The notes beneath the pieces were generated by a model. The model made no database searches and was not told the DNA's origin. It saw only the letters and a list, made by a program, of their open reading frames with translations. Below are positions 40,254 to 53,804 of a stretch of 64,000 nucleotides of DNA, one piece after another. The position numbers were made by a program, and so were the translations under genes. The stretch comes from Octopus vulgaris (lineage: Eukaryota): contig OX597817.1 in assembly GCA_951406725.2 (NCBI GenBank), positions 149,482,001 through 149,546,000 of the forward strand. The letters run 5' to 3'. Position 1 is the stretch's first letter; every line of letters begins with the position of its first letter.

Positions 40254-40507
40254 TTTCCAAAAATCAAATCCTACTTGAAACGAACAAGATTTCAAGACAT
40301 TGAAGAAATCCAAGAGAATGCGACGAGACAACTACTTGCTATCCCAAAAATGAGTTCCAGGAATGCTTCCACCAATAGAAACGACGTTGGATGAAGTGTG
40401 TGGCTTCAGAAAGGGACTACTTCAAAGGAGATTAAATGCCGAATTGATATGTGTTGCAATTCAGTTTTTGTTGCACCAGTTCCAATACTTTTGGATCAGA
40501 CCTCGTA
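40254..40507 (+). mobile_element. mariner transposase 3' remnant with right TIR
   Basis: FPKIKSYLKRTRFQDIEEIQENATRQLLAIPK/EFQECFHQ*KRRWMKCVASE/GDYFKGD; ends ccaatacttttggatcagacctcg+TA. Confidence 0.88.
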
Positions 40508-40953
40508 CATATATAGTTTTTTTTTCCTTTCTGAGAATGACCATGCTTTATGGTTTATTTCTCTTTTTGGCCAACATTTATAATATTGATAGGTTCGTTT
40601 TGAATGGAATCAAAATCATTATAACTGGAAAATTGTGGAATGTGGGATGCTCATGCCTTTTCTAAGAAAATTAATTCTTCAAAATAATCAAAGAAACTGA
40701 CTCAGGGACTATCTGCGTCGAGAATATATTTCTGCCTCCATGACGTCCATAACTATTTGTCTTTATTAGTTGAGGTAAAGAGCAGTGCGCATGCGTATAA
40801 CCTTTTTTCAAGATTGAAAGACAAAGGCAAGTTATCCTCAGACCAACAGATCGGAGGCTGCTGAAGGTAACCAATGACCTGGTGTTAATATTAAACAGGG
40901 CGACGAATGAAGTCTGCCACCCGAAAACAAAAACGTTCTCTTCAAACAAATAA

Positions 40954-41189
40954 GGGCGGCGAGCTGGCAGAAACGTTAGCACGCCGGGTGAAATGCATAG
41001 CCGTATTTCGTCTGCCGTTACGTTCTGAGTTCAAATTCCGCCGAGGTCGACTTTGCCTTTCATCCTTCTTGGGGTCGATAAATTAAGTACCAGTTACGCA
41101 CTGGGGTCGATGTAATCGACTTAATCCGTTTGTCTGTCCTTGTTTGTCCCCTCTGTGTTTAGCCCCTCGTGGGTAGTAAAAGAAATAGG
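40954..41189 (+). mobile_element. Full-length family A SINE inserted in an older diverged repeat
   Basis: 13-bp TSD tctcttcaaacaa at 40937-40949 and 41190-41202. Confidence 0.95.
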
Positions 41190-41458
41190 TCTCTTCAAAC
41201 AACTTCCACACAGTGTCTGTCTTCGAAATTTCACTCAGCAGATTCTTGTAAATCCGTATCTACCGTGGGAAACGCTTGCCAAGGAAATGCGTATTAAGAT
41301 CGAAGAGAAACCAAGCAGATACGAAACAAACTTTTCCACCACACGGTCATTATAAACTCAGGAAAATATAGACGAAATTAAAGTATACGTTTTGGTACGT
41401 ATTTATTGTTTTGAAGAGGAAACTTGAATCATCCAACTGCATCGCTGGGTGAATATCA

Positions 41459-41687
41459 CTCTTTTACTCTTTTACTTGTTTCAGTCATTTGACTGTGGCC
41501 ATGCTGGAGCAGCGCCTTTTGTCGAGCAAATCGATCCCAGGACTTATTCTTTGGAAGCCTAGTGCTTATTGTATCGGTCGCTTTTGCAGAACCGCTAAGT
41601 TACGGGGACGTAAACACACTAGCATCGGTTGTCAAGCGATGTTGGGGGGACAAACACAGGCACACAAACGTATACTCACACACACAC

Positions 41688-41727
<40 letters not shown>

Positions 41728-41887
41728 ACGATAGGCTTCTTTCAGTTTCCGTCTACCAAATCCACTCACAAAGCTATGGTCGGCCCTAGGCTATAGTAGA
41801 AGACACTTGCACAGGGTGCCACGCAATGGGACTCAACCCAGAACCATGTGGTTGGTAAGCAAGCTACTTACCACACATCCACTCCAG
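41459..41887 (-). mobile_element. Full-length family B SINE
   Basis: Reverse complement of the consensus with internal (CA)n(TA)n. Confidence 0.93.
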
Positions 41888-43433
41888 AAAATACATTCGG
41901 CCTTGAGACTAGTTGAGTCACGATATTTTCTCAGCTACTATTACCTAATAGCAACAAAGTCAGAAGCTATATTTCTAATATTTTTAACAATGACCTGTCC
42001 CTTTTGTTCTTTTTTTCGTTAAACGTATCCAAGCAATTGTGTTGTTCCTGTTGCTTTGTATTAGTCATGACTCTGTATCTCACAACTTCTCAACTATTCT
42101 CATATCTGTTCGTTTATTTAATCTGAAAATAGAAATCACTTCGTTTTATTTACATTACTTAGTCATTTCAGAACTGAACGGAAGCCGTAGTTTATCATTT
42201 CACTGCCTCTCTAGAAACTAAGGACTTTTACTTACGTTGAAAACAATAAATGGGTCTTGGATATGGACACTTTAAAAGGAAGATGTCTCCGCGTTTTTAA
42301 CCCCTTTCATTTCGTATTAGTATGAATTTCCTTTTATAATTTGCAAGCCAAAAGAACAGAGAATTGGCAAAATCGTTAGGGTTTCGCATCAATGCCTTAC
42401 GGTATTTGTTCCAGTATCTTTTATTCTGAGTTCAAATCGCGTCGAGGTCACCTTTGTATTTCATTTTTCTGATATCGATAAAGTACCAGTCAAATCTTAG
42501 GGTTCCATATAGTCGATTATAACTCTCCTCGCATTTGAATCTTTGTCTTGAAACTCATTATTCATATCTTCTGGTTGCAGTTATTTATCTAAGGCGGCAA
42601 ATAGATTGAGCCGTTAGAGTGTTGGATAGAGTGCATTGCGATATTCGTTCTGTTTATGGTTCTGTTCAATCTGAGTTCAAATCCCACCGAAATCAACTCC
42701 GCTTTTCCTCCTCTCAAGATTGATAATGTACCCACCACTTACTGAGAGATATATTCGTCTCTCTCTCACCCGCATTCTCTCACTCTTTTTTGTCACTCTC
42801 TTCCTCCTCTTTCATTCTTCTCTGTCCCCTTCTCTCACACTCCTCTTTCTTGTCCCTCTGTTGCTCAATACCAGGACTGAGAAAGAAAGAGAGAGAGAGA
42901 TGGGGAAATGTGCGTGTACTTTTGTATCTAAACCGTATATGTTTTGAAAGGACTGGTCTTGTCACGTTGTGTCGGCCTCGGAATTAAGTTAAGTTTACAA
43001 ATGTCTATGGAATGCTCAACCACATACAAGTCCCAGAAGTAAGATTTCATTTGATCCTCAAACCACTGAAGGCTTATCGTCGAGACTGACAAAGAATTCG
43101 TCATTTTGTTGTCAGTTTTACAACGACGGAAGCTAAATGTAACCATCGCCAGGATTTGAGATCCTGACGTTGAGGTAATGAACTCTAAAACAAGTATTCT
43201 ATCATTTCAGCCACCTTCACTGCTTTTACTGTCGTGCTAATAATAAAACGTATGTTTTAGTTCATCCGATAGTTAGCTTTCAAGAGAGGTGGGGGTGAAA
43301 CTGCAGTTTAATTTGGTAAAAGGAAACACTAAGCACCCCACCAGTCACACACATACACACACACCACACACACACACAAACACACAGCAACACAAAAGCA
43401 AATACATACATGCATTCACATACATCCATATAC

Positions 43434-43484
<51 letters not shown>

Positions 43485-43508
43485 CACATATACATGCACA
43501 TATACATA

Positions 43509-43550
<42 letters not shown>

Positions 43551-44690
43551 TGCTGATATATATATATATATGTATATATATATAGAGAGAGAGATATAGA
43601 TATAGATATACATACACACATATACGTATACATACATACATACATACATACATACATACATACATACATACATACATACATACATACATACATACATACA
43701 TACATACATGTAGCCATTCAATACACGTGTACACACACAAACACATACACGAGAGAATCGTATGGTTTCTATAAAAGACTCAGAAGAAGAGGAGAGAAAG
43801 AAAAAAGGTGTTTGAAAAGGGAACTAGAATTGGATATTTGGTAATGGAACCGGTTTGAAGAATAGAAATAGCGTTGCATTAGTGATATGTGAACAAGAAG
43901 GGAAAACAGCGGGATATGGGCAAGGTGAAGAGGAGAGGAAGGAACAAGCTGAATAACATCAGAGGTGAGGGAGAAAAGGAGAGAGAGAGAGAGTGTGTGT
44001 GCGTGTGGGTGGATGGATGGATGGATGGAGAGTAAAGCTGTCAGGTGATAACGGTTTCACCGACGCCATATTACGTTATGGTGATGGTGGTGGTGGTGGT
44101 GTAGGTTGTGCTGGTGGTAGTGGTCTTACTGGTGATCTGAAGGCAGTGGTTGTATGGTGGTAGATGGTTGATGGCAGTGATGATGACGATGATGATGATG
44201 ATGAGGAGGAGGAGGAGGAGGAGAAAGAGGAGGAGGAGAATCATGAGGATTTTCATCGTCATCGCCAGCATCACATCACCATCATCATCATCATCATTGC
44301 TGTTGCCATAATACTCTCAAACAACTCCCATCGTCTTCGTAGTCGTCAGTACCATTCTACTTCCATCCTCCTCCTCATCATCATCATCTTCAACATCGTC
44401 AGCATCACCACCGCCATCACTGTCACTTATTTATTACTTTTACGCCATTTTTTTCCTTTTTCATTTTCCGGTTCCCCCTTCCTTTCACTCTTTCCTTTTT
44501 TCTTTTTCTTTCACGAAATGTTCATTACTCTCACTTCTACCCTCATTGTGCATTATGCCCACCACCTATCACTTTCTCACCGGTCCTTCTCTTTCTTCTT
44601 CCTCTTTCTATTTTCCGGTCGTACATATACATACATGTACACACACACATATATATATATGTATGCATATGTATATATTCACGTATAAAT

Positions 44691-44748
<58 letters not shown>

Positions 44749-44935
44749 GTATGTAAATATATACATATATATAAACATGTATTGTATGTATATGTGTGTG
44801 TATGTATACACGCAAAGATGTATATGTATATCTGTGTGTGTGTGTGTGGTGTACAGCTGGAACTATACACTGGATGTCTGATAATATATTTGGAGGCCAC
44901 TAAATTGAACGTTCTCTATTCTTTCCCAATTTCCC

Positions 44936-45003
<68 letters not shown>

Positions 45004-45582
45004 CAGCAGCAGCAGCAGCAGCAGTAATAACACTAGCAGTTGGTATGGTGCTGGTGAATAGTGGTTGTTATTAGTGGTGTAGCTGGTGCTAATAATAGTA
45101 CTAATGACCGTAGATAATAATATTGAATGCATTCTGTTGCTGAAATGCCAGTTTTATTCAAGCTGCGTAAATCGACGTGTTTCATATGCTAAAACTGCCA
45201 GTTGCGTTTCATTTCTCACTTAGTATTTGTCTGCCTGGACATTAAGAGAATAAAGCAAAATCTGTGGCGGTAGATTGGCGGGGCTGCTAGATCGTCGGAC
45301 GATGCATTGCAGTGTTGGTTCCAGCTCTTTGCTATTCGAGATCTGTTATGGCAGGCTTAGTTCGTCGCTCTTTTAAGGTCAATAAACACCATCGTCTGGT
45401 CACAGGATGCCTTTCGTGAAGTTCATATTGTTACAAATTTTCAAGTCAGGTTTCAGTTTTAGAATAACTTCCCGATTTGGGAGGCCCTGTAAAAGAACAG
45501 AGATATTGGTGCTGTCCTTCCGTCCTAGACTAAGTGACAAAAACAAGCCAACAAATTAATCTAATTAAGCTTGTGTAAATCT

Positions 45583-45816
45583 TATTTCTTTACTGCCCAC
45601 AAGGGGCTACATACAGAGGGGACAAACAAGGACAAACAAAGGGATTAAGTCTATTACATCGACCCCAGTGCGTAACTGGTACTTAATTTATCGACCCTGA
45701 AAGGATGAAAGACAATGTCGACCGCGGAGGAATTTGAACTCAGAACGTAGTGGCAGACGAAATGCCGCTAAGCATTTCGCCCGGCGTGCTAACGATTCTG
45801 CCAGCTCGCCGCCTTT
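45583..45816 (-). mobile_element. Full-length family A SINE
   Basis: 15-bp TSD agcttgtgtaaatct at 45568-45582 and 45817-45831. Confidence 0.95.
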
Positions 45817-46374
45817 AGCTTGTGTAAATCTAAGCAAAGACAAGACGTCCGGCGACGATCAGGGATGGAATCGAGAGAAACGGAATATAGATATATATAT
45901 ATTACAAATATACATTTTAAAGATGCTAATGGAAGCTATAAGCATTATACATTCTAAAGAGGATGTTAATAGTCGAGAGAATTGTTCTGTTTATATTGAA
46001 AATCATGTATTTGATAACCATTGGTCAGGTATGTCGAATTTTTAAATGATCTATCCGATTATTGAAATGTAATCGATTATCTGTCATGCCGATTGTTGTG
46101 AGTAAATATTAAATCTTATTTCCCTCTAAGTTTTATACCAAGATTGGTATATATTTCGTGCGAGTGCAATATAGGCGGGTATGGGTGTTCGGACGATTAA
46201 GATAAATGGCGGAGTGATTTCACATTTACATATTGTAGCTAAGGCAGTGAATTCCTGTTTTAACCAGCCCCCACCTCGAATATATCGCTTGAAGAATAAA
46301 GCTACAAGATGCACTCTGAATGGTAACGAAAGACATTTGTGACGAGCACCAATAATGATGAGACTCTCTCTTTA

Positions 46375-46817
46375 TCTATTTATATAAAGCTGAAGTTGTC
46401 TGCGTGTGTGTGTGGCAGGTTTGGTAGCCTTCAACTAACACTATCTCCTCCGAGCCCCTGCGGTTCAAGTTGACCAAAATTGAGGGTATGATAGAAGAAG
46501 CCTTGCTCTTCCTTCCGTAGACGAAAAAATTCAAATCGGACCATGTTAACACCAAAAGTTATTTACATCAAAAAGGTGCTTTTTCTCTATGAAAATCCAT
46601 ATTTTTTACGATTTTTTGACTGCTGTGTCGGCATTTTTTGGTGTATTTCAACCAGAAAGATGTTCACTTAAAGAGAATAACAAGCTACATGATACAAAAT
46701 TTTTACTTTTCAAAAAAGATTGAAACTATGTCAAAACTTTGTTAACGCGATATCAAAGTCTGCCGTTTTAAGCGCAACTAAAAAACAAACCCGTGCAACG
46801 CCGGGCTATACTGCTAG
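46375..46817 (+). mobile_element. Non-autonomous Helitron
   Basis: Inserted between A and T; 5' TC (tctatttatataaa); subterminal hairpin cccg-tgcaacgc-cggg 46790-46805; 3' CTAG. Confidence 0.9.
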
Positions 46818-47415
46818 TATATTAATACATTAAAACCATATGTGTGACACTATTACGTGGCGGGGAGGGGGAGCGAAAAGCAAAAGAGACAAGACATTAG
46901 CAATGAGAGCTAGCAAAAAGGAATTGCTACTATATTATGTAATTAAATAGTTAGTTGAAGGAATAGGTAGAAAGAGAAAGAAAAATATAGACCAACATCC
47001 CTGTGCGTGTAGCACAGGGTTGTTGGTCTACTTGAAAGGAGTGGCAAAGAAAGCGAGTGGGAGAGAATCACTGTTTGCTTACTGAGTCAATACACATACA
47101 CTTCGTTTGCTTGTTGATGTAAAGAGAAAAATAAATAGATAACTCGGAAAATAGAAGACGTACGAATATAGCTTTCAGAAATGTTGTTTCTTGAGAGTGT
47201 ACCTTCAATGCTGCCTGAATGGACTTTTACACCACTTCAAGAATAAACACAAATATATAATTCCATCTTACAATTTTCAAAATAACCGTGGAATTTCTGT
47301 TAATACATATATAAATAGTTATTGGAAACAGCAAATTATTTTGAATTTATTTAGTTTTTCTGGTGAGTTAACCAAAAGTGAATGGCAGTTATACATGTGT
47401 CTATACATATATAAA

Positions 47416-47718
47416 GTGGAGGCACATGGCCTAGTGGTTAGAGCAGCGGACTCGCGATCGAGGGATTGCGGGTTCGAATCTCAGGCCGGGTGATGTGTGT
47501 GTTTATAAGCGAAACACCTAAGCTCCACGCGGCTCCAGCAGAAGGTAATGGCGAACTTCTGCTGACTGTTTCGCCACAACTTTCTCTCACTCTTTCCTCC
47601 TGCATCTTGCAGCTCACCTGCGACGGATCGGCATCCCGTCCAGGTGGGGAGCTTATACGCCAAGGAAACCGGGAAACCGGCCCTATGAACCAGGCGTGGT
47701 TCGAAAAGGAACAAACAA
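47416..47718 (+). mobile_element. Family C tRNA-derived SINE
   Basis: A/B boxes; cctgcgacggatcggcatcccgtccagg..ggaaaccggg block; flanking tataaagtg duplication. Confidence 0.92.
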
Positions 47719-47749
47719 CATATATCTATAAAGTGATTAGTACTCATAC

Positions 47750-48586
47750 AGCTATGTTTGTGCATTTTAGTGAAAAAAGTGCTTAGTACAATGAAGTGAA
47801 GTAATATTTAGTGAAAACTAAATCTGTCCTTGTTTATATATATAATGGTGTTGTGTATATTCAGTAACTATGCCATCAGATTCCTATCCTGGCTTTAGGC
47901 CAATATCCATGTTGATATCGACAGGCAGATCAATCATATTTGTATAATTTAAGCCGTGATAAACAGATAAATCGGAAACGAATAAAAAGTGTGAATCGAA
48001 CTCGTGTCTCAGTTCCCTGCCCTTCATTCGGCTTACCGCAACACCGAACATTATTTGCCTGAAATCACACCCAAGTTTAAAATTCAGTTTTAAAATAGTT
48101 TTGTCTTTAAATCCTTACGCTTAAGAATTTTTCTTTTCTTTTGATGTTAGGCCAAGATCTAGATTTGGTTGCAACTATTATTTTTCCTCTGTTTTCATAC
48201 TGAAGACAGAGTTTATCGATTCCAATGTTCAGAATATTTTAAAGGAAACCAAATCTCACTTCCATACATGTACCTATAACTGAATCTTAATGATTTTATT
48301 CGATTTTTGTGATGGATCAGATGAGATTGAACAGTAAACACGTTTTTACAATCTGCAAAACAGATTATTGTGAAGAAATATAACGCAAAAATCTTTATTT
48401 ATTTGTTTATCGCGGTTTAAATTATGCAAATATGATTGATTTGCCTGTCGATATCAACATAGATATTGGCCTAAAGCTAGGATATGAATCTAACGGCATA
48501 GTTACTGAATATACACAAGACCGTTTTAACATTACTTCACTTCATTGTACTAAGCACGTTTTTCACTAAAATGCACAAACATAGCT
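47750..48586. mobile_element. Non-autonomous element with long (about 190-220 bp) terminal inverted repeats
   Basis: 47750-47972 is inverted-homologous to 48397-48586; no ORF and no TSD found. Confidence 0.85.
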
Positions 48587-48866
48587 TTCTAGATATATAG
48601 ATACATATATATATATTCACATTAATATTAATGTGTATGAGGAGATACGTTGCGGAACTGTTATTTTAAAGAGTTGTATCAATTTATCACCCAATGAGAT
48701 ACATCTGCACCGCCCGGATGCTCCTGAACCAGTTGTTAAGTGATCCCACCCGTGAGGGATCGATGTTAGATGTGTCGAAACAATTATCGTGATTAATAAT
48801 AAAAATTCTCGTATGTTACATCTTCCGTTTTCCATTTACCATATATATATATATATATATATATAT

Positions 48867-49044
48867 AACGGGAAGCTTTATGAAAATAAACAAAAGACGA
48901 AGGCAGGTGGAGTACAAACAAACAATTGTATTAGTATGGCGCTCAGGAATATAAATAAAACAAACAAGTCTTTTACGTTTCGAGCCTACGCTCTTCAACA
49001 GAAAGATACACAGAGAAGAAACACGGAGAGAAACAAGAAGAGAA

Positions 49045-49048
<4 letters not shown>
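48867..49048 (-). mobile_element. Penelope-like pseudo-LTR fragment with a variant minimal hammerhead (48969-49006)
   Basis: tcttt-CTGTTGAA-gagc-gtag-gctc-GAAAC-GTA-aaaga; TA-flanked. Confidence 0.72.
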
Positions 49049-49087
<39 letters not shown>

Positions 49088-49095
49088 TGGTATTT

Positions 49096-49298
49096 TTATA
49101 TAAGCTTAAAGCTCATGGTGACCATCATGCAATGACTTAGAAAAATAGTCTAATGAAGGGGCATATAAGCCCTCGACAGAACAAAAGAAGGCTCTCCTCC
49201 CACGTGGATAGGAAATCCTTCTTTTTCATATGCCCCGTTATTAGACTATTTTCCTTAGTCATTGCACGGTGATCGTCATAAGCTTCAAACTTATATAA
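49096..49298. repeat. Imperfect fold-back (hairpin) element
   Basis: 71-bp gapless arms (49096-49166 / 49228-49298) with 12 mismatches; inner stem aaaagaagg/ccttctttt. Confidence 0.92.
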
Positions 49299-49477
49299 TA
49301 CCATTATTATTATTATTTACAGAATTGTAAAATACGGTGCCGTATAAAAACATTTGCACCGAAAGTGTACATATATATATATATATGTTTGTATATGTAT
49401 ATAGTGAAAATATATATAATGAATACATATAATGAATGTGTATATATATATATATATATTGTGACTGTGAAGGTTCT

Positions 49478-49860
49478 GCCGTACTTGTGTGATGAGAAGT
49501 TAGGCACAACTTGCTTCGCAATCATGTGGTCTTGGGTTCAGTTCCACTACACGGCACCTTCGACAAGTGCCTTCTATTATAGCCCTGGGCCGACCAAAGC
49601 CTTATGAACTGATTTTAATGACAAACTGAAAGAAGCTCGCCGTAGATATATGTGTATGTGTGTATGTGTCTTTGAGCTTGTCCACTACTTGACAAACGGT
49701 GTTAGTTTGTTTACGTCCCCATAACTTAGGGGTTCAACGATAAGAGAGCGCTAGCATAAGTAATAGGTTTTAAAATAAATATTAGGTTCGATTTCTTCCT
49801 CGAAACCCTTCAAGGCGGTGCTCCAACATGGTCACAATTCAAAGACTGAAACAAGTAAAA
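49478..49860 (+). mobile_element. Diverged family B SINE
   Basis: gggttcagttccactacacggcaccttcgacaagtg; tail ggcggtgctccaacatgg..ctgaaacaagtaaa. Confidence 0.85.
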
Positions 49861-50104
49861 AATAAGAAATATATTCTTTATATAATTATATCTATGTATA
49901 CATAAATACACATACACACACGTATACATTTCTACATATGTAATTATGTATGTATATAATATACTTGCACAAACATGCACACGCACAAACATGTGTAAGT
50001 ATATATATATATATTTATATATATATATATATATACATGTGTGTGTGTGTGTGTAATATATATATTATTATTACCGGCATAATGCCCCTCCCAAGGTTCA
50101 ATAG

Positions 50105-50141
<37 letters not shown>

Positions 50142-50293
50142 ATGTATATATATATATATCAATATATATATATATCACATATATATCAACATATATATAT
50201 ATATATATATATATCATATATATATATCAACATATATATATATATATATATATCAATATACATATATCAACGTATATATATATATATATCAAC

Positions 50294-50329
<36 letters not shown>

Positions 50330-50378
50330 ACAAATATCAACGTATATATATATATATGTATATGTATACACATATATG

Positions 50379-50437
<59 letters not shown>

Positions 50438-50950
50438 ATATATTGCCGATATCCAAATGGTAGATGCACTAAATCGACAGATATATATTATAAAGCGATG
50501 AACTCAGTGAGGCTTACTTCCGCTAGATTCACTTCAGGAAGATTAAATCTTCAGCAGCGCTCTTGAATCCAATAGGTTATGTGACTCATAAACAGTCTTC
50601 TTCTGTAGAAATATGCAATCAATTTTAAAGTAAAAATGCGACGGAAATATTTATTTCATTATGAGAGAACTAATTTGCTGGATAAATTAGATGAATCGTG
50701 AAAGTTATGAGCTAAAAATCTCATTTAGCAAATATTAATGTGTATGCTTAACACGAAAACTAACGTGCCGACGTCGCGTTATGGAGCGGAGGAGGTGTAG
50801 AGGAGTAGGGGGAGTGAGCGTTTCCCATGTGACTGATATTCGTATAATATACATATATGTACGTTCCTATATGTGCATGTATGTGAATATCTGTATATAT
50901 GTATATAAGTGTGTGAGTGTAAGAATATGTCTGTCTCTGTTTGAATATAG

Positions 50951-51035
<85 letters not shown>

Positions 51036-51071
51036 TTATGTATATGTGTGTATATATGTACAGATATGTGC

Positions 51072-51106
<35 letters not shown>

Positions 51107-53056
51107 GACACACATTTTTTCTAGATATGTTTTTTATTATTTTTTATTAGTTTTTGCCGTTTTACTTTGTTCTTTTTTTTTTGCTCTGTTTTTATTTTTT
51201 TGTTTGCTTGTTTGTCTGGGTTTTTTTTACTCTTAAGCCCCTTCCAGTTCCTTGCAGTCGTTTAAACAGTAAAATTCCTGAATGCATCGTACCGGTATAA
51301 CCATGAATGTACGGTTGCTCGTGTTTGTATTTTTATGGCCATAATTAGTTTTATCCGGTCTAACTTTCAACTGGGTAGTCTTACATATCTGAGTTTTTTT
51401 TCGAAGACATTACGTTTGTCAATATTTTTTAAAACATCCTGAATTTGTTAGGATTTTGTATTTGCATATTATTGTATGGGTATCTGTACAATATTTACGT
51501 CCAAGGTTTTTGTGTTTATAATATTATATCTATGTCTATCTTGTTTTTATCTATGATATTGTTGTAAAGCTTGGTTAACCAGTTTGATGGCACCTCTTTC
51601 TCCTTCATTTATATTTTGGTCATATGTGGATGTAGGCGCCAACGCCGAGGGGTATAATTTAGTCTGGGCAGAATGTATATCATTTATGTGGCGAAAGGTC
51701 GAAGAATTTGTCTTTGTGTGCGTGGTGATGTTTTTTTTTTCTTTTCCTTTGTAAAGCTAGCTTATAAGGTGAAGTTGTGAAGCTAGCTTATAAGGTGAAG
51801 TTGTGAAGTCATCTCTTTTAGACAGCATATAACAGCCTTATCGGAGATTTGCAACGGGGCCCGTGTGTTGAAACTGAAGCAATTGCACGGTGGATGAAAC
51901 ATTTTAGCCTTTTAAAAACACACAAAACAGTTAAATTCACTTTAAATTTAAATATATTTTATAAAGTATCAAACTTTCCGTCGCACAACTATTACCTGGT
52001 TAATGACACAATTCTATGCGTGTATATACGTATCATACGTACGCGTATTGTAATTTATTAGTTCAATAACTAATAATTAACAATAAAAATAATTGAATTA
52101 TAGCTACTGCATGTGTGTACACATTTGTATGTATATATTTACGTACATATATGTATATATGAGTATGCGTGTATATACGTATCATACGTACGCGTATTGT
52201 AATTCAGAGAAACTACGTGACCAGGCTACAGTTGTACCGCAGAAATTTCGATGCGCTATAAATATAAAATACCAGTGAATTTAAGGTTTTATGTATTATT
52301 AAATGTCTCCTCCAAAATGCAGTTGCTTCAGTTTGAGCTCAAGGTTTCAGATTAAGCCGCTTGCTACACAAATACAACACCAGAATTAATTTAACCTGCT
52401 GATTCTGCTGCATCTAGTACATCGTAATTCAGATCTCTGTATATTATCAAAAGCTGAGAACGTATTATTTAATAAATGTTTCTTACTGATTTATATGTTT
52501 AAACATAGAAGTTACGCTTGCACGTTCTCCGTGTTCTGAGTTGTCATGTATATTTGTAGTCCGAGCAATTTATTCTGAAATTACTGTCATATATTTTTTT
52601 TTTATTTTATTTGTATTTTGTTGTCATTTGCTTTTTCTATTTTTATTTATAAGTATGAATATTTAGAAACGTGGGTGTTAGATTTTTTGGGAAATTTACT
52701 TTTCGAAACAAGAAACAAATCATAGAAAAATATGAAAAAACTCTAAAAAAAAGAACATCAAACTAAGACACAAACATGTCATATAACATATACACTCGCA
52801 CATATATACACACACAAGCACAAATTTGCATGAATGTATATATTTATAAGTATATATATATATGCGTGTGTGTGTGTGTGTGTACACATTTGTATGTATA
52901 TATTTACGTACATATATGTATATATGAGTGTGCGTGTGTATATGCGTGTATATACGTATCATACGTACGCATATAGTAATTTATTAGTTCAATAACTAAT
53001 AATTAACAATAAAAATAATTGAATTATAGCTACTGCATGTATAGATAGACAATCAT

Positions 53057-53163
<107 letters not shown>

Positions 53164-53411
53164 TATTGTACATGTACAATACTTGTTTTGAAGCGCTTGT
53201 TTCAGCTTCATGTATTCTACACTTGATAAAGTGGTTCACTGCAGTACTTCTATATCAGACACATAGAACTTCCAAAAAATTCTCATAATGCATTGCACTG
53301 CTGATGGAATCGTTAATATAAGTAATTGTTTACACTGATACTGACTGTGAGCATGTTACAGTAACCGATGTATATTGTCCGTGCGTGTGTGTGTGTGCGT
53401 ATGGTGTGTAC

Positions 53412-53470
<59 letters not shown>

Positions 53471-53590
53471 TTTCCTCCTTTTGTCGCCAATAAAATAAGT
53501 ACCAGTTGAGCACTGGGGCCGATATAACAGACCTATCCCCTTCTCAGAACTTGCAGGCCTTGTGCCAAAATTTGAAACCAGTATAAATAC

Positions 53591-53804
53591 TTTTACTGCG
53601 GAATTCATCCTGAGGTTGTATTTCCAATAGACGCGCAGTGTTTAAAAACGGAATATGCATTTATCAGGGTGATAGTGAACCCTCTAATGTTCCCATTTGC
53701 CTTTGCCAGGAAGGGTTCTATTTCCATCTGATATATGCATATTCTGTTTTTAAACGCAGCGCATCTATAGGAGATACTATCTCCAAATGAATACCGCAAT
53801 AAAA
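53591..53804. repeat. Imperfect fold-back (hairpin) element
   Basis: 93-bp gapless arms (53591-53683 / 53712-53804) with 20 mismatches and a 28-bp loop. Confidence 0.88.

Noticed and set aside
50637-51985. TIR pair tgcgacggaaa / tttccgtcgca defining a 1.35-kb DNA transposon
   Set aside because: Only 11 bp match and the similarity does not extend to a common terminus or TSD
53591-53804. Codon-like 3-nt periodicity of arm mismatches, implying an inverted duplication of a coding exon
   Set aside because: Mismatches fall 8/5/7 across the three frame positions, so there is no real bias
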